From Azolla caroliniana (lineage: Eukaryota; Plantae; Polypodiophyta): a stretch of 64,000 nt of DNA. The DNA is taken from positions 5,332,001 to 5,396,000 of the forward strand of contig JBHGNT010000015.1 in NCBI GenBank assembly GCA_043228905.1, written 5' to 3'. A model generated the notes under the pieces. That model searched no databases, was not told the DNA's origin, and saw nothing but the letters and a program-made list of their open reading frames with translations. The position numbers and the translations under genes were made by a program. This document shows positions 1 to 13,100 of the stretch, one piece after another; the first letter of the stretch is position 1; each line of letters begins with the position of its first letter.

Positions 1-1749
1 TTGACTAGAGTGAGTATCATATCATTCTCCTATCTAGCTTTCTTTTGTTTATTTCACTTGTAGATGGTGTATATGTAGAGATATGAACACTTAAGTTCAG
101 TTCATTCCATTTCATGACAGTCACTAATCAATTCCACATACTGAACATGTTTCACTTTGGGTCCTTGTAGGTCATATTTTGTCCTCTAAGAGCAATAATA
201 AAATATGTTTTCTGTGTCCATTGCATATGACACTATTCTTTTATTGGCAATGTTGGTGGTGGCTCAAAGCTATATAAAAGTATGGTTTGTTCCTTTTTTG
301 CATTGCAGAGCTCAATGAATTCACAAAGCCAGAAATTGTTGATAGACAACCCAGATAAGGCCGAGAAAAAATTGATAGGCCTAAACAACCATTATTGGAA
401 TAATAGCTTTTCAATCATTCTGATTTTGAGTAAGAACATGCAACAACCTTCTTACTGTTTTGGGGGTTATTTCCCCCTCACATTTAATTTTGTGTACCAC
501 ATTAAATGATGACTTGATTTTGGCGCTTCTTCCTCATCGTGTCTCCTCTTCCTTTATCCAACTGAGCTTGTCTCAAACTCGAAAACTCTGCATCTCAGGT
601 ATTCACTGCATGCCTATGTCCCCATCATTTTGATAACTTTGCTTCAATCATCTTCCCAATCTATTTTGAAGCACTGGTTTCCCCATCCTCTCCTTCCCTC
701 AGTATGTCTCTTCACTTTCTGTACAATGGCCTCAGTGTTGATTAGAGCTATGGTTTATGGCATAGGTTATATCACAACACTTATTTAGGCTTTAGTATTT
801 AGAGTTTATCCGAAAACTCATCTATGTTTTTGCTATGGTTTATTAAGTATGTTTATGCAGTATGATGTATTAAGCACTTGTTTTGATTACTTAGGTGTTG
901 AAATAACAAAAAATTAGGTGCACTTGACAAAATCTAGAAATAAAAAGTTCCATATGTATAACCTAATGTTTTTGGTGTGAATAAATAAATTTACAACATG
1001 TGTTTTCTTTGTCTGATAGATTTCTTTTCACCATGTTATTGCTTTCATATTTTTCACTAAAGTTCATGAGCTTGTTGAAATCTTGCCTCCCGAAACATCA
1101 TTCCCATATAACAAATATCATATTACTAATTAGTATTGTTCTAATCCCTCATCATATTCCCAATTTCAAATTCAAAATCTTACTACTGAGTTATGTCTTT
1201 CCCTTATATATGCAAAGTTGTGAATCACTTTGATTGTTTAAACTGGTTGTTTTGATTCATAGATTTTGTTCCATATTGTGGGATCATGTTCAATATGTAT
1301 GCTTATCCAAAAAATTGATTGTTTAGGGTTTAGCGGAGCTACTCTTCATGCCATTTATGTGATTTGTTCATGGACTTTTTAACCATAATGCCACTCGCTT
1401 CTTTAGCTCCTCCTATCTCCAATGTGAAGCTTCGACAAACATGCAACGCTTGTTCGGCCATAGAAGGTAAACATGAACCCTTATTGCATGTTCATTTTCC
1501 TTCATCCATTTCATCATAGTCTAACTTAAATGATGGTTGTCTTGCTTAAAAAATCATTGTTTTGGTAAAGGAATATATGAGTGTCAATGGTAGTCGCCAA
1601 TGAGAGTGAGTTGTCATGTAGCACATCTATGTTTGAAAGGAGCAAGAGATGGGTGGTTCTTCACATAGTCTGTTATCTACTAGAAATAATTAAGAGATTT
1701 AGGTTGGAGGATCATAGGGATATTATCTCTAGAGTAACAAATATTAATG

Positions 1750-3007
1750 TTTGAATGAAGACAGGGAGAATATTACGTTTAGTGACCAATGTGTTTCAGA
1801 GGAGATTGTAGAGTCTATGAAGTTATCCCTAGACTTAGTGAAAGGGGTAGAGAGCAGAGATAAGCTTGGTGCAAAGAGAGCAACCCTTCACTCTCATGGT
1901 TGTAAACGGGGCAAGAAAAATAAAATATAGTGATACTAAAGTTGCCTTAGCCCTTGGTATTCAAAGAAGGAACTTGAGGAACCATCGCACAAATATACAA
2001 TCAAATCAATTTAAGTGGATGGGGTTAGGCTATAGACGACGATCTGATGTCTTGTCTCAAGAGATTATTGAGAAAGCGGATTCCTTTTGGGCAAAAAACA
2101 CACGTGTCTCACCAAATAAAAAGGATGTGTGTAGACAATGAATAAGTCGCAGTAGGTACCATATTCACCCTATACACTTCTTGAAGATGACTAAGGTAAT
2201 TTTTTTTTCTTTTATCTATTTGGTTTTATATATTTATTTGTTTACTAAAGGCTTCTATTAATGTTCCCTATGTATTGAGTGACGTAGGCTGAATTGTTCA
2301 TGAACTTCAAAAACCAACATCCAAGCATCAATCTTGGATTTTGCAAGTTCCAACCGTTTTTTTGTTAGAAAGTTAAAGGAGAGGAACACATGTTGTTGTG
2401 TGTACCACATTAAAAAGGACATGTTTGCACTCGTGATGTATGTAGACTAAATGGGAAGGATAATTATAGATGTAATGCGCAAAACATGATCAGTTTCTAA
2501 GTTATGGAGGTCTTTGTTTGTGAAAAACAACCATCATCTGAGTGACATAATCGTGTATGTCTTCTAAGAGCATGTAAGGTTTGCCCACAACCGTTATTTT
2601 GTAGACAATCATATTGTGAAATGGAAATATTAATTTTAGAGTATGTGACAAAAAATATAGGGAAGGGACTCGTTAGTAAGCATATCAAGGAAGTGTCTAA
2701 GGAGACATGTGCTACTACCCTTGTCCTAGAGTTTAAGAAGCAACTCGGGGAGTTCATTCCACATAACTTTAGGAGTTATTGGCAAAATTCACAGTTCAAG
2801 GAATGTATAAATAACTTACCACCACATGTTATGGTATCCGTTATTGACTTTGCAGAGAATTATATGTTTAAAGTTCGAAATGAGGTTTAGTCCATGCATT
2901 GGTACAATGACCAATGTACAATATTTGTACATATTTGCTACTAGAGACAAGACAATGAGTTATATAAGAAATCAATATTCTACAATTTGGATGATAAAAA
3001 GCATGAT
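1750..3007 (+). pseudogene. Decayed Sola2-type transposase of the older host element, 5' part
   Basis: Broken frames match the intact transposase downstream: FWAKNTRVSPNKKDVCR, HPIHFL, TCCCVYH, HNF..YWQ..QFKECI, VIDFAENY, SMHW, DDKKHD. It has a 92-bp GT-AG intron (2196-2287) at the same position as the young copy's intron, plus several stops and frameshifts. The 5' limit is approximate. Confidence 0.85.
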
Positions 3008-3032
3008 GGGTGAAAGCATGCGAGTGGAAACA
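3008..3032 (+). repeat. Left TIR of Sola2-type element
   Basis: Reverse complement of 14837-14861 with 1 mismatch. Confidence 0.95.
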
Positions 3033-3359
3033 ATTAGCTATGTCCTTGACATAGCTAATTAGCTATGCAAAAAGCTACCATTGATAAATAGTCATTTTAG
3101 TAAAAAGCCATCATTAATAAATTAAGTATGCAAAAAACTACCATTGAAAATACTAGAGTGTTTTAATTACATATGTAAATGAGTGCCATAAATGTGCAAC
3201 ATAAATTGATGTGTGCACCATAAATGTGTACCATAAATTATATATCGAATTCCTAGGTCCATTATGCATGATCCTTTGCCACATCACGTAGGCCATCTCT
3301 AGTTGAGTACTGTGGGTTAGTTGCTACCACTGTTGCTAAACCCTATCGAGTCCACCTGC

Positions 3360-4100
3360 CGCCACTCTACACTGAGGGGCCGCTTCTGTGCGTTCCAAGC
3401 ATCATCAAAGAGCTGCTCAATCTGACGGGGTTCTCTTCTCTGTGACACTCTACACTCAGGGGCCACTACTGTGCATTCCAAGCATCATCAAAGAGTTGTT
3501 CAATCTGACGGGGTTCTCTTCTCTGTGCCACTCTACACTCAGGGGCCATTACTGTGCGTTCCAAGCATCATCAAAGAGCTGTTCAATCTGAGGGGGTTCT
3601 CTTCTCTGTGCCACTCTACACTCAGGGGCCATTACTGTGCGTTCCAAGCATCATCAAAGAGCTGTTCAATCTGAGGGGGTTCTCTTCTCTGTGCCACTCT
3701 ACACTGAGGGGCCGCTGTTGTGCGTTCCAAGCATCATCAAAGAGCTGTTCAATCTGACGGGGTTCTCTTCTCTTTGCCACTCTACACTCAAGGGTTGCTA
3801 CTGTGCGTTCCAAGCATAATCAAAGAGCTATTCAATCTGACGGGGTTCTCTTCTCTTTTCCACTCTCACTCAAGGGCCGCTACTGTGCGTTTCAAGCATC
3901 ATTGGTAACTGTTCAATCTGACGGGGTTCTCTTCTCTTTTCCACTCTCACTCAGGGGCCGCTACTGTGCGTTTCAAGCATCATTGGTAACTGTTCAATCT
4001 GACGGGGTTCTCTTCTCTATGCCACTCTATTCTCAAGTGCCTTCTATGTGCGTTTCAAGCATCATCGGTAACTGTTCAATCTGACGGGGTTCTCTCCTCC
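3360..4100. repeat. 83-bp tandem repeat (~9 copies) upstream of transposase
   Basis: Unit GCCACTCTACACTCAGGGGCC...CAAGCATCATCAAAGAGCTGTTCAATCTGACGGGGTTCTCTTCTCTGT; spurious ORF starts recur every 83 bp (3388, 3471, 3554, 3637, 3720, 3803). Confidence 0.95.
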
Positions 4101-4430
4101 ATTGCCATCATTCTATACTCAGTTGCCACTACTGTCCAGTCCCGGATTGCTTCCACATTTCGATTTGACGGAGTTCACTCATCCAACGGCAACATTCTAC
4201 ACTCAGTTGTTGCCATTGGTCGGTCTTGGATCGCCTCCTCAACTGTTGGATCCAACGGAGTGAAATCCTCTACTGTTCGGTCTTGGATTGCAATAACTTT
4301 TCTGTCTATTGATTATCTTGTGTATTGTTGTGTCTAATCTTGTGTATTGTGTGGAATATTTTTGTGTATTGTTGTTGCCCATAGCCATCTTTAATACTTG
4401 TTTTTTTTTCTAGAAATTTAGGGTTTTAAC

Positions 4431-7400
4431 ATGTCTAGCCAAATGGAAGGGGAAGAAGGGTGTTTAGAATTACCCCTCAATGATCATAAGGATAGGGATG
4501 ATGTTATCAGGACACAACAAGCCATACGAAACTATTGGGCAGAAAAAAAAAGGAAACATCGTCAATTGTTGAAGGATACGAAAGCCACACTCAGTAAAGG
4601 TAAGGATAGTTTAGCTGAGAATGTAAGTAATGCGACTACCATCATAGAGAGAAAGGTTGTAGACTATTTCAATGTTCAAACCAAGCACATCAGCAATGAA
4701 GAAAAGAAGGTAGTACTTTATGGAATATGTAATGATCCATCGATAAAGGACTTAGTTGATTGTGATGGTCTTAATGCAAACATATCATCTATTTTAGTAA
4801 ATAATCTTCGTAATAGTTTCGTATCCATGAGCAGGTCAGAAGATGATCTTGTCTTAAAAAGGTCTAGTCTAATGATGTTACTTAATAGTGATGTTGACGA
4901 TATAAACATCAGTGAGCTATCTAAGGTAATTGGTGTTAGTAGAAAAACAGTGTACAATACAATGAACCGTATAATTTCCTCGGGTGAAGGAACTAGTCTA
5001 CTAAAGCTAACTACAAGATGTAAGCCAATGACACCCATAACATTTGAAATCAAGGATGTAATCACAATGTTTTGGACTAATGAGAGTAGGGTTTCACCCA
5101 ATAAAAAGGATTTATGTAGGAAACGTGTTGGAAGAAATCAATACGAGCATCCCATTCATCTTCTTGATGTACCTCAGGTATTTACATTTATCTCAACATT
5201 TGTTTTGACTCTACTCGGAAAGTTAATTAGCTCAGTTAGCAGAAAAGCTAATTAGCTTATCAGTTACATTTACCTCAGTTAGCTACTAGGATCGCTACTA
5301 CATAGGTAACTAGCTACTCTCAATAGTTACTACCATGATAGCTAATTAGCTATTCTCAATAGCTAATTTAGGTACTACCAGATAATTAGCTGTACTGCTA
5401 GCTAGTTAGCTATCATGGTAGCTAGTTAGCTATTTCGTTATTACCAGCTAATTAGCTACTAGGAAAGCTAATTAGCTACCATGATAGCTAATTAGCTACT
5501 ATGATAGCTACTACATAGGTAACTGGCTACTCTCAATAGCTACTACCATGATAGCTAATTAGCTATTCTCAATAGCTAATTTAGGTACTACCAGATAATT
5601 AGTTGTACTGGAAGCTAGTTAGCTATCATGGTAGCTAGTTTGTTATTTCGTTATTACCAGCTAATTAGCTACTAGGAAAGCTAATTAGCTACCATGATAG
5701 CTAATTAGCTTACTAGGATAGCTAATTAGCCACCGTGATAGCTAATTAGCTACTAGACCAGCTAATTAGTTAGGATAGCTAATTAGCCACCATTATAGCT
5801 AATTAGCTACCATGATAGCTAATTAGTTACTAGGACAGCTAATTAGCCACCATGATAGCTAATTAGCTACCATGATAGCTAATTAGCTACCATGATAGCT
5901 AATTAGTTAGGATAGCTAATTAGCCACCATTATAGCTAATTAGCTACTAGACAAGCTAATTAGCTACCATGATAGCTAATTAGTTACTAGGACAGCTAAT
6001 TAGCCACCATGATAGCTAATTAGCTACCATGATAGCTAATTAGCTACTAGACCAGCTAATTAGCTACCATGATAGCTAATTAGTTACTAGGAAAGCTAAT
6101 CAGCCACCATTATAGCTAATTAGCTACTAGACCAGCTAATTAGCTACCATGATAGCTAATTAGCTACTAGACCAGCTAATTAGCTACCATGATAGCTAAT
6201 TAGTTACTAGGAAAGCTAATTAGCCACCATGATAGCTAATTAGCTACTAGACAAGCTAATTAGCTACCATGATAGCTAATTAGTTACTAGGAAAGCTAAT
6301 TAGCCACCATGATAGCTAATTAGCTACTAGAGCAGCTAATTAGCTACCATGATAGCTAATTAGCTACTAGGACAACTAATTAGCTACTAGGACAGCTAAT
6401 TAGCTACCATGATAGCTAATTAGCTACTACGACAGCTAATTAGCTACCATGATAGCTAATTAGCTACTAGAATAGCTAATTAGCTACTAGAATAGCTAAT
6501 TAGCTACCATGATAGCTAATTAGCTACTACGACAGCTAATTAACTACCATGATAGCTAATTAGCTACTAGGACAACTAATTAGCTACTAGGACAGCTAAT
6601 TAGCTACCATGATAGCTAATTAGCTACTAGAATAGCTAACTAGCTACTAGAATAGCTAATTAGCTACTAGGATAGTTAGCTAGTTACGAGAATAACTAAT
6701 TCCCCTTTATTACGCAGGTCGATTTATTTATTAGGTTCAAACGAATGCATCCAACTATCAAAGTTCAACTACGAACATTCGAGTCTCTTAAGCCACACTT
6801 TGTGAGACACTTAAAGGATCGATACACATGTTGTTGCATTTACCATGTACAGATGGGTTTTCTGAAGGACTCTATTAATCTACTACGTCACCATAGTGCA
6901 TCCCTAACTAATACAGTTTGCACATGTGGGTGCCCAATCTGTCGATCAAGCCCGCAAGAGGAGTGTAAATCATCTGAGCACGTTATCTCTTCCATGAGTT
7001 ATTTATTAGATTCAATATTGTGTCCGAGAGAAACTGACGCTATCTTCCATATTCATAAATGTGTCATGGGTTTATGTCAAGATTGTGGCCCTACTAGATT
7101 TAGGTGGTGTCCAAATGAATTGAGTAGTGAAATATTGATCTCTGTGAAGTTATTTGAGTCAGTGAACACCAATTTCGAAGGAAAGGTGTGTAAAAGAAAG
7201 GATCTAGTTCGGAAGATGCTTAAACCAAGGGATTTGGTGTCTCTGTTTGTAGTATCTCTAGGAAAGTTCATTAAACACAACTTCATTTATTCATGGCAGG
7301 CCCATCAGTTTAAGACTTGCATATCTGATTTCCCAAATGATGTAGTAGTCTCAGTAGTAGATTTCGCAGAGAATTATACTTTCAAGCAGCAGAATGAAAT

Positions 7401-8559
7401 TCAATCTATGCATTGGTGTTCAGTTCAGGTAACCATTTTTGTGCACATAACATATTTTCGAGTTTCAGGTGATGTTAAAAAAGTAATTCATTTCTTTATT
7501 TCCGATGATAAGAAGCATGATACCTTGTTCGTCCAACACTGTTTTAAGTTACATTGGCAGTGGTTATTAGCTCAACGTTTGGAGCTTACTCAACATTGGG
7601 TCTGGTCTGACGGAGCTGCGTCACAATTCAAGGCTCGACGTCCATTTTATTTTGTGGGGAGGTATCCTGCTATAACAGGTTTGGAGATGAGATGGAATTT
7701 TTTTGGGTCTGGCCATGGTAAAGGTGAACATGATGGTGCAGGGGCTGTTATAAAGCAGGCACTTACCCATGAACAACTAAAGACAGATGGTGTGCACATG
7801 AATTGTGCATCACATGTAGTTGAATTTTTAAGAACAAATATGTCAACGAGTGCCACAGGTGTTTATTCCTCGCAAGTCCGAGATATCAAACGTGAATTTT
7901 GGGAAGTGAAGATAGATGAAGTAAATAGGGAGAAGACCTGGGAGTGCCAAGGAATTCCCGAATTGCGATCTCTGCATGCTGTTCGCGGTTATTCCAGGTT
8001 GGATGGTCATTGTATTGCGGTTAGAGAATTGACTTGTTTTTGCTTCCATTGTGTGCAGGGAAATTGGAGATATTGTCTAAACAAAGCATACATTCAGAAT
8101 TGGGAGTATCACACTCTGAATGATAAGGAAGCAGTTGATGGAGAAACAGGGCAGAATGCTGACTTCACATATGAGGGACTTGGAGATACTTTGAGTGATG
8201 TCCTGAACGTTGGGGATAACTTCGCTGTAAATGCTGAAGAAGGCAATTCAAAGGGTGCTGATTTCTATATATTAAAGTGCACGGTTAGTAAACAGTGTGC
8301 AAGGCAGAATATTGTAGATGCATGGGGAAATTTTGTATCTGCCGGGACATTCTACATCGAAGGCATTTTTTATGCAAAACTAGATGACTACGAATATGTG
8401 TACAGGTTGTTAGAAGACAAACCAGCGGCGTATATGTACTCTCATTTGGTCAGATGCATCAACGTCCCAATGTCAGAATACAATAGCTGCTCCGGTTTAT
8501 ACACTGTTGGTGCTAATGTGTATGAATGTATTTACAATAGTATGCCATGGAATTTGTAG
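4431..8559 (+). CDS. Sola2-type DDD transposase, 2 exons (4431-5177, 6718-8559), 862 aa
   Basis: CAG|GTATTT donor at 5178 and CGCAG acceptor at 6717 give a phase-0 join (HLLDVPQ|VDLFIRFKRMHP) with no stops. Putative catalytic Asp residues are in VVDFAENY, WSDGAASQFK and GHGKGEHDG. Cys-rich motifs: CCCIYH, CVMGLCQDC, CFCFHC. Confidence 0.9.
5221..6700. repeat. Intronic satellite of palindrome TAGCTAATTAGCTA (~20-bp period)
   Basis: Dozens of units such as CCATGA-TAGCTAATTAGCTA and CTAGGA-CAGCTAATTAGCTA fill the 1540-bp transposase intron. Confidence 0.97.
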
Positions 8560-8906
8560 CTACAAGTAGCACTTACCATGTTCTCTTGTAAAACAAACAT
8601 GTATTTCGCGAAAACAGTTAAATAAATTCGTTTGGAATCAATTTCTTGTATACAGTCTGCTTTTTGTGCTTCTTTCTCAATAAAATCATGTCTTTTTTGT
8701 TAAGTTTTAAGTTATAAGTTATAGCGAAATAGTCATCAGTAGCTAATTAGCTGTACAAATGCAGCTAATTAGCTGTCAATAGCTAAATAGTCATCAATAG
8801 AATGAAATCAACAATCTGCAACATATTCCTCAAATTACACAGTAGATAAGTACAGTGGGAACAAGTAATTAAATTCTTCATTGAATAATGTCATCTCTTT
8901 ACATAT

Positions 8907-9883
8907 TTATAAATTACCATTGGAAATGTCTACAAATCTCCTATAAACAGCTAAGCTCTTGCTAGTTAGTGGAACGAGTCTACATATATTATCCGCATAT
9001 TGAGCTCGGTATGGAGTCCACAACCATGCACCTAGTTGGCAGCTCACTATTTGCACCAGGTACTGTTCAGGCATTTCCTCGGGTAGAATGAGACAGCATC
9101 TCCGAATATTGAAGTAGTGTCGGAAATGTTCTGTATCCAAAATCAATGTATTGTCGGCATTATATTCAGGCCAAGTAGCCCAAAAATCAGAAAGTCTCTT
9201 GAATCTTGCAGCTTCCATTTGCTCACAATTTTCTCGTGCCCATTGACCTTTAAAACGACTTCGCCATTTTGGGAAGAATCTTGCCAAACACTTCCACACA
9301 TCTGATTTTGGTTTTTCACTCCAAATAAACAAATCAAAGTATTCCACAGCCCACTCTAGAAATTGATTTGCGTCCCTCCTTGGCTGCATATATCTCACAC
9401 TCATCAAGACTTTATCAAGCTCCAAGATCAAGGCTCTTCTTTCGACTTCTAGTGGTTTAGGTTTCCATTCCTGAAACTGAGCCGCTGTTACACCATTTTC
9501 TGGTAGGATACGATCAATCTCAATCAGCTCAGGTTCGGCTGACACAACTGGTGTCCTTTTCCTCTTTAAACCCCTAGTCGACTGTGTTGGGCCTAGCTTC
9601 ACATTCTGGTGCTCTTGTTTTGTCGACTTAGTTATCAATCCTTGGATTACCTCAGTGCATGTAGCTACTGATCTGCTCGATATCAGTCCACTGGTATCAC
9701 ATGTTGCATCTACCTGCAACACCAAGTCATCCGTGCTACATGCTTGATCAACTTGTGTGACCAGATCACTTGTGTCAGTTGCTACATCTACTTTCAAGAT
9801 GGGGCCCTTTAAACATGCCGCAACATCAACAGTATCCACACTGCCATTGGCCTTACGAGCAATAGAATCAAACCCTTTAGACT
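8907..9883 (-). CDS. FCP1/SCP (NIF, HAD-fold) CTD-phosphatase-like cargo protein, likely catalytically dead; 5' end unresolved
   Basis: Open frame with RRALILELDKVL..PRRDANQFLEWAVEYFDLFIWS..FKRLSDFW..YNADNTLILD, matching the NIF pattern LVLDLDxTL..RP..eFL..F.v.IWS..KDL..W..NTLLiD. DxDxT is replaced by ELDKV. Probable acceptor TTGCAG at 9884. Confidence 0.72.
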
Positions 9884-10132
9884 CTGCAACATCAGAAAAC
9901 ACCAACATATTCACACTCACAAAGTAACTAATAGTCTCACAAAACAATATCCTGAACATCAAAGAGTTTCAGTCATAGAACAACACTCTTCAAATTATCT
10001 TGGAAAAACATCATAGAGTTCCATTACATAATGTGGATCAAGCAACAACCAATCTGAGGTTTTACTTGTCCAACAGGATAGTAAAACTTCATAAAACCCT
10101 AGCAAAATCCCTAAGCTAACAATCATATCCAA

Positions 10133-13100
10133 CTAAACAGTATTTCGCTCCACTACGTCTGGGCCCCTTGACCGAGTAACTGGTCTTGTTCCCGATCGTG
10201 GCCCCTTCTTCAGCCTTTTTCTGGTTGGTTCCCCATTTAGCCTTGCTTCTAGGACCCAATGCGCAAGTGTGTCCTCCTCCGACAACCTTCCCATTGCCTC
10301 AGCAGCTAATTGCACATCAGCCGTTTCTTGAACTAGCTTTTCAAGTACAAAGGGATCTGTTTGGACATTTTCAATAGTTGGGCTCGGTGGGGTGGAATCA
10401 AGGTCTTGAGACTCGAAGAAATGTTGCATCAAGTGTTCATAAACACTGTTGTTGTGAACCTCAGTTTTACATGTTGTTTCCACTATTTCATGGCATTTCA
10501 CATCGTTGCCTAATTCAGTACACTGTTCCAAAAGAATAGGGTGCAGCTGATCTGAAGGAGATGTGATAGCAGGACTCTTACTTTCAGCCACATTGGCAGT
10601 AGTATCCTCATCTGTTGCAGCATCATCAACACCAGACACATCATGTGCCGTCCTTAATCCACAAGATTCTACAATAACATGACAGTTATTTAGGATAGCT
10701 AATTAGCTACTTTACTAAACTATGGTAGAAGCTAGGATAGCTAATTAGCTAGTACGATAGATAATTAGCTAGTATGATAGCTAATTAGGTACTTTACTCA
10801 ACTATGGTAGTAGTTAGGATAGCTAATTAGCTACTTTACTCAACTATGGTAGTAGCTAGGATAGCTAATTAGCTACTTTACTCAACTATGGTAGTAGCTA
10901 GGATAGCTAATTAGCTACTTTACTAACTATGGTAGTAGCTAGGATAGCTAATTAGCTACTTTACTAACTATGGTAGTAGCTAGGATAGCTAATTAGCTAC
11001 AATGAAAGCTAATTAGCTACTTTCTGAACTATGTAGTAGCTAGGATAGCTTATTAGCTACTAGGACAGCTAATTAGCTACTAGGATAGCTAATTAGCTGC
11101 CAGTAGCTAATTAGCTACTAGGATAGCTTATTAGCTACTTTACACAACTATGGCAGTAGCTACTAGGATAGCTAATTCGCTAGGATAGCTAATTCGCTAG
11201 TAGGATAGCTAATTAGTTGCCAGCAGCTAATTAGCTAGTAGGATAGCTAATTAGCTACTAGGATAGCTAATTAGTTGCCATTAGCTAATTAGCTAGTAGG
11301 ATAGCTAATTAGGTACTTTAATCAACTATGGTAGTAGCTAATTAGCTAGTAGGATAGCTAATTAGCTACTAGGATAGCTAATTAGCTGCTAGTAGCTAAT
11401 TAGCTACTAGGATAGCTTATTAGCTACTTTACACAACTATGGCAGTAGCTAATTAGTTACTAGGATAGCTAATTAGTTGCCAGTGGCTAATTAGCTAGTA
11501 GGATACCTAATTAGCTTTTTTACACAACTATAGTACTAGCTAATTAGCTAGTACCATAGCTAATTACCTACTAGGATAGCTAATTAGCTAGTAGGATAGC
11601 TTATTAGCTACTTTACACAACTATAGTAGTAGCTAGGATAGCTAATTAGCTACTATGGTAGCTAATTAGCTACTTTACTCAACTATGGTAGTAGCTAGGA
11701 TAGCTAATTAGCTACTTTACTCAACTATGGGAGTAGCTAGGATAGCTAATTAGCTACTTTACTAACTATGGTAGTAGCTAGGATAGCTAATTAGCTACTT
11801 TACTAACTATGGTGGTAGCTAGGATAGCTAATTAGCTACAATGAAAGCTAATTAGCTACTTTCTCAACTATGTAGTAGCTAGGATAGCTTATTAGCTACT
11901 AGGACAGCTAATTAGCTGCCAGTAGCTAATTAGCTACTAGGATAGCTAATTAGCTGCCAGTAGCTAATTAGCTACTAGGATAGCTTATTAGCTACTTTAC
12001 ACAACTATGTCAGTAGCTAATTAGCTACTATGATAGCTAATTAGCTAGTAGGATAGCTAATTAGTTGCCAGTAGCTAATTCGCTAGTAGGATAGCTAATT
12101 AGTTGCCAGTAGCTAATTAGCTAGTAGGATAGCTAATTAGTTGCCAGTAGCTAATTAGCTAGTAGGATAGCTAATTAGCTTTTTTACACAACTATGGTAC
12201 TAGCTAATTAGCTAGTACCATAGCTAATTAGCTACTAGGATAGCTTATTAGCTACTTTACACAACTATGGCAGTAGCTAATTAGTTACTAGGATAGCTAA
12301 TTAGTTGCCAGTGGCTAATTAGCTAGTAGGATAGCTATTTAGCTTTTTTACACAACTATGGTACTAGCTACCATAGCTAATTAGCTACTAGGATAGCTAA
12401 TTAGCTAGTAGCTCATTAGCTGCCAGTAGCTAATTAGCTAGTAGGATAGCTAATTAGAAAAGACTAAGCTTATTAGCTACAGTATGGTATACCTGTTAGT
12501 TTTCTCCACTCATTTGGTAGAGTTGTACTGCAATCTCCCAAACAGAATGCAGCAATTCGACAGGCATGTTGAAAACAAAGCAGATGGTATGTGTGGTTGC
12601 ATGGTTGTAGGTGAACCAACAAAGACGCAGTTTTGTCCTCCACACCTAACCCGCAAGCGATGCAACGTGCTTGAACTGTCAATAAATCATTTTCTGGTTC
12701 TACTTCATTTGGTAAGGGAGCAAGAATGTTCAGGTCCAAATCCTGTCTGGTCCTTACCATTCCCTCCACAAAATGTAGCTTCTTCTTAAGGCAGCTAACT
12801 ACCTGTTCTTGATGAATGTATTGTTCCTTCAACGCAACAGAGAAATTTACCGATTAATTATTCTTGTTGTTGAAAGATACACCAACTTTGCTCAGGAATC
12901 GTTAACTTACTTGAAGCTTATCCAAATTGTAATCTGCAACAGTATTTACACCTAGAAGGTCCAGGTTCATTGAAAGAACCTGGATCTCTATTTGCAATTC
13001 TATTTTACGCTGGGGATCCAGTGGCCCCTCTAATTCAAGCTCCTGTTGCGCAACCTATTCCAGATAATGCTTGATTAGCACATTTTACCCGTTATTTATA

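Noticed and set aside
1-1700. Short ORFs at window start
   Set aside because: AT-rich, no homology visible; probably non-coding or a decayed part of the old element.
3360-4100. CRISPR-like array or family of small repeated ORFs
   Set aside because: Units are fully tandem with no unique spacers and no cas genes, in a eukaryotic context. The 67-aa ORFs are by-products of the 83-bp period.
5221-12480. Palindromic arrays as CRISPR repeats
   Set aside because: Spacers are only ~6-25 nt and are themselves repeated; this is intronic satellite.
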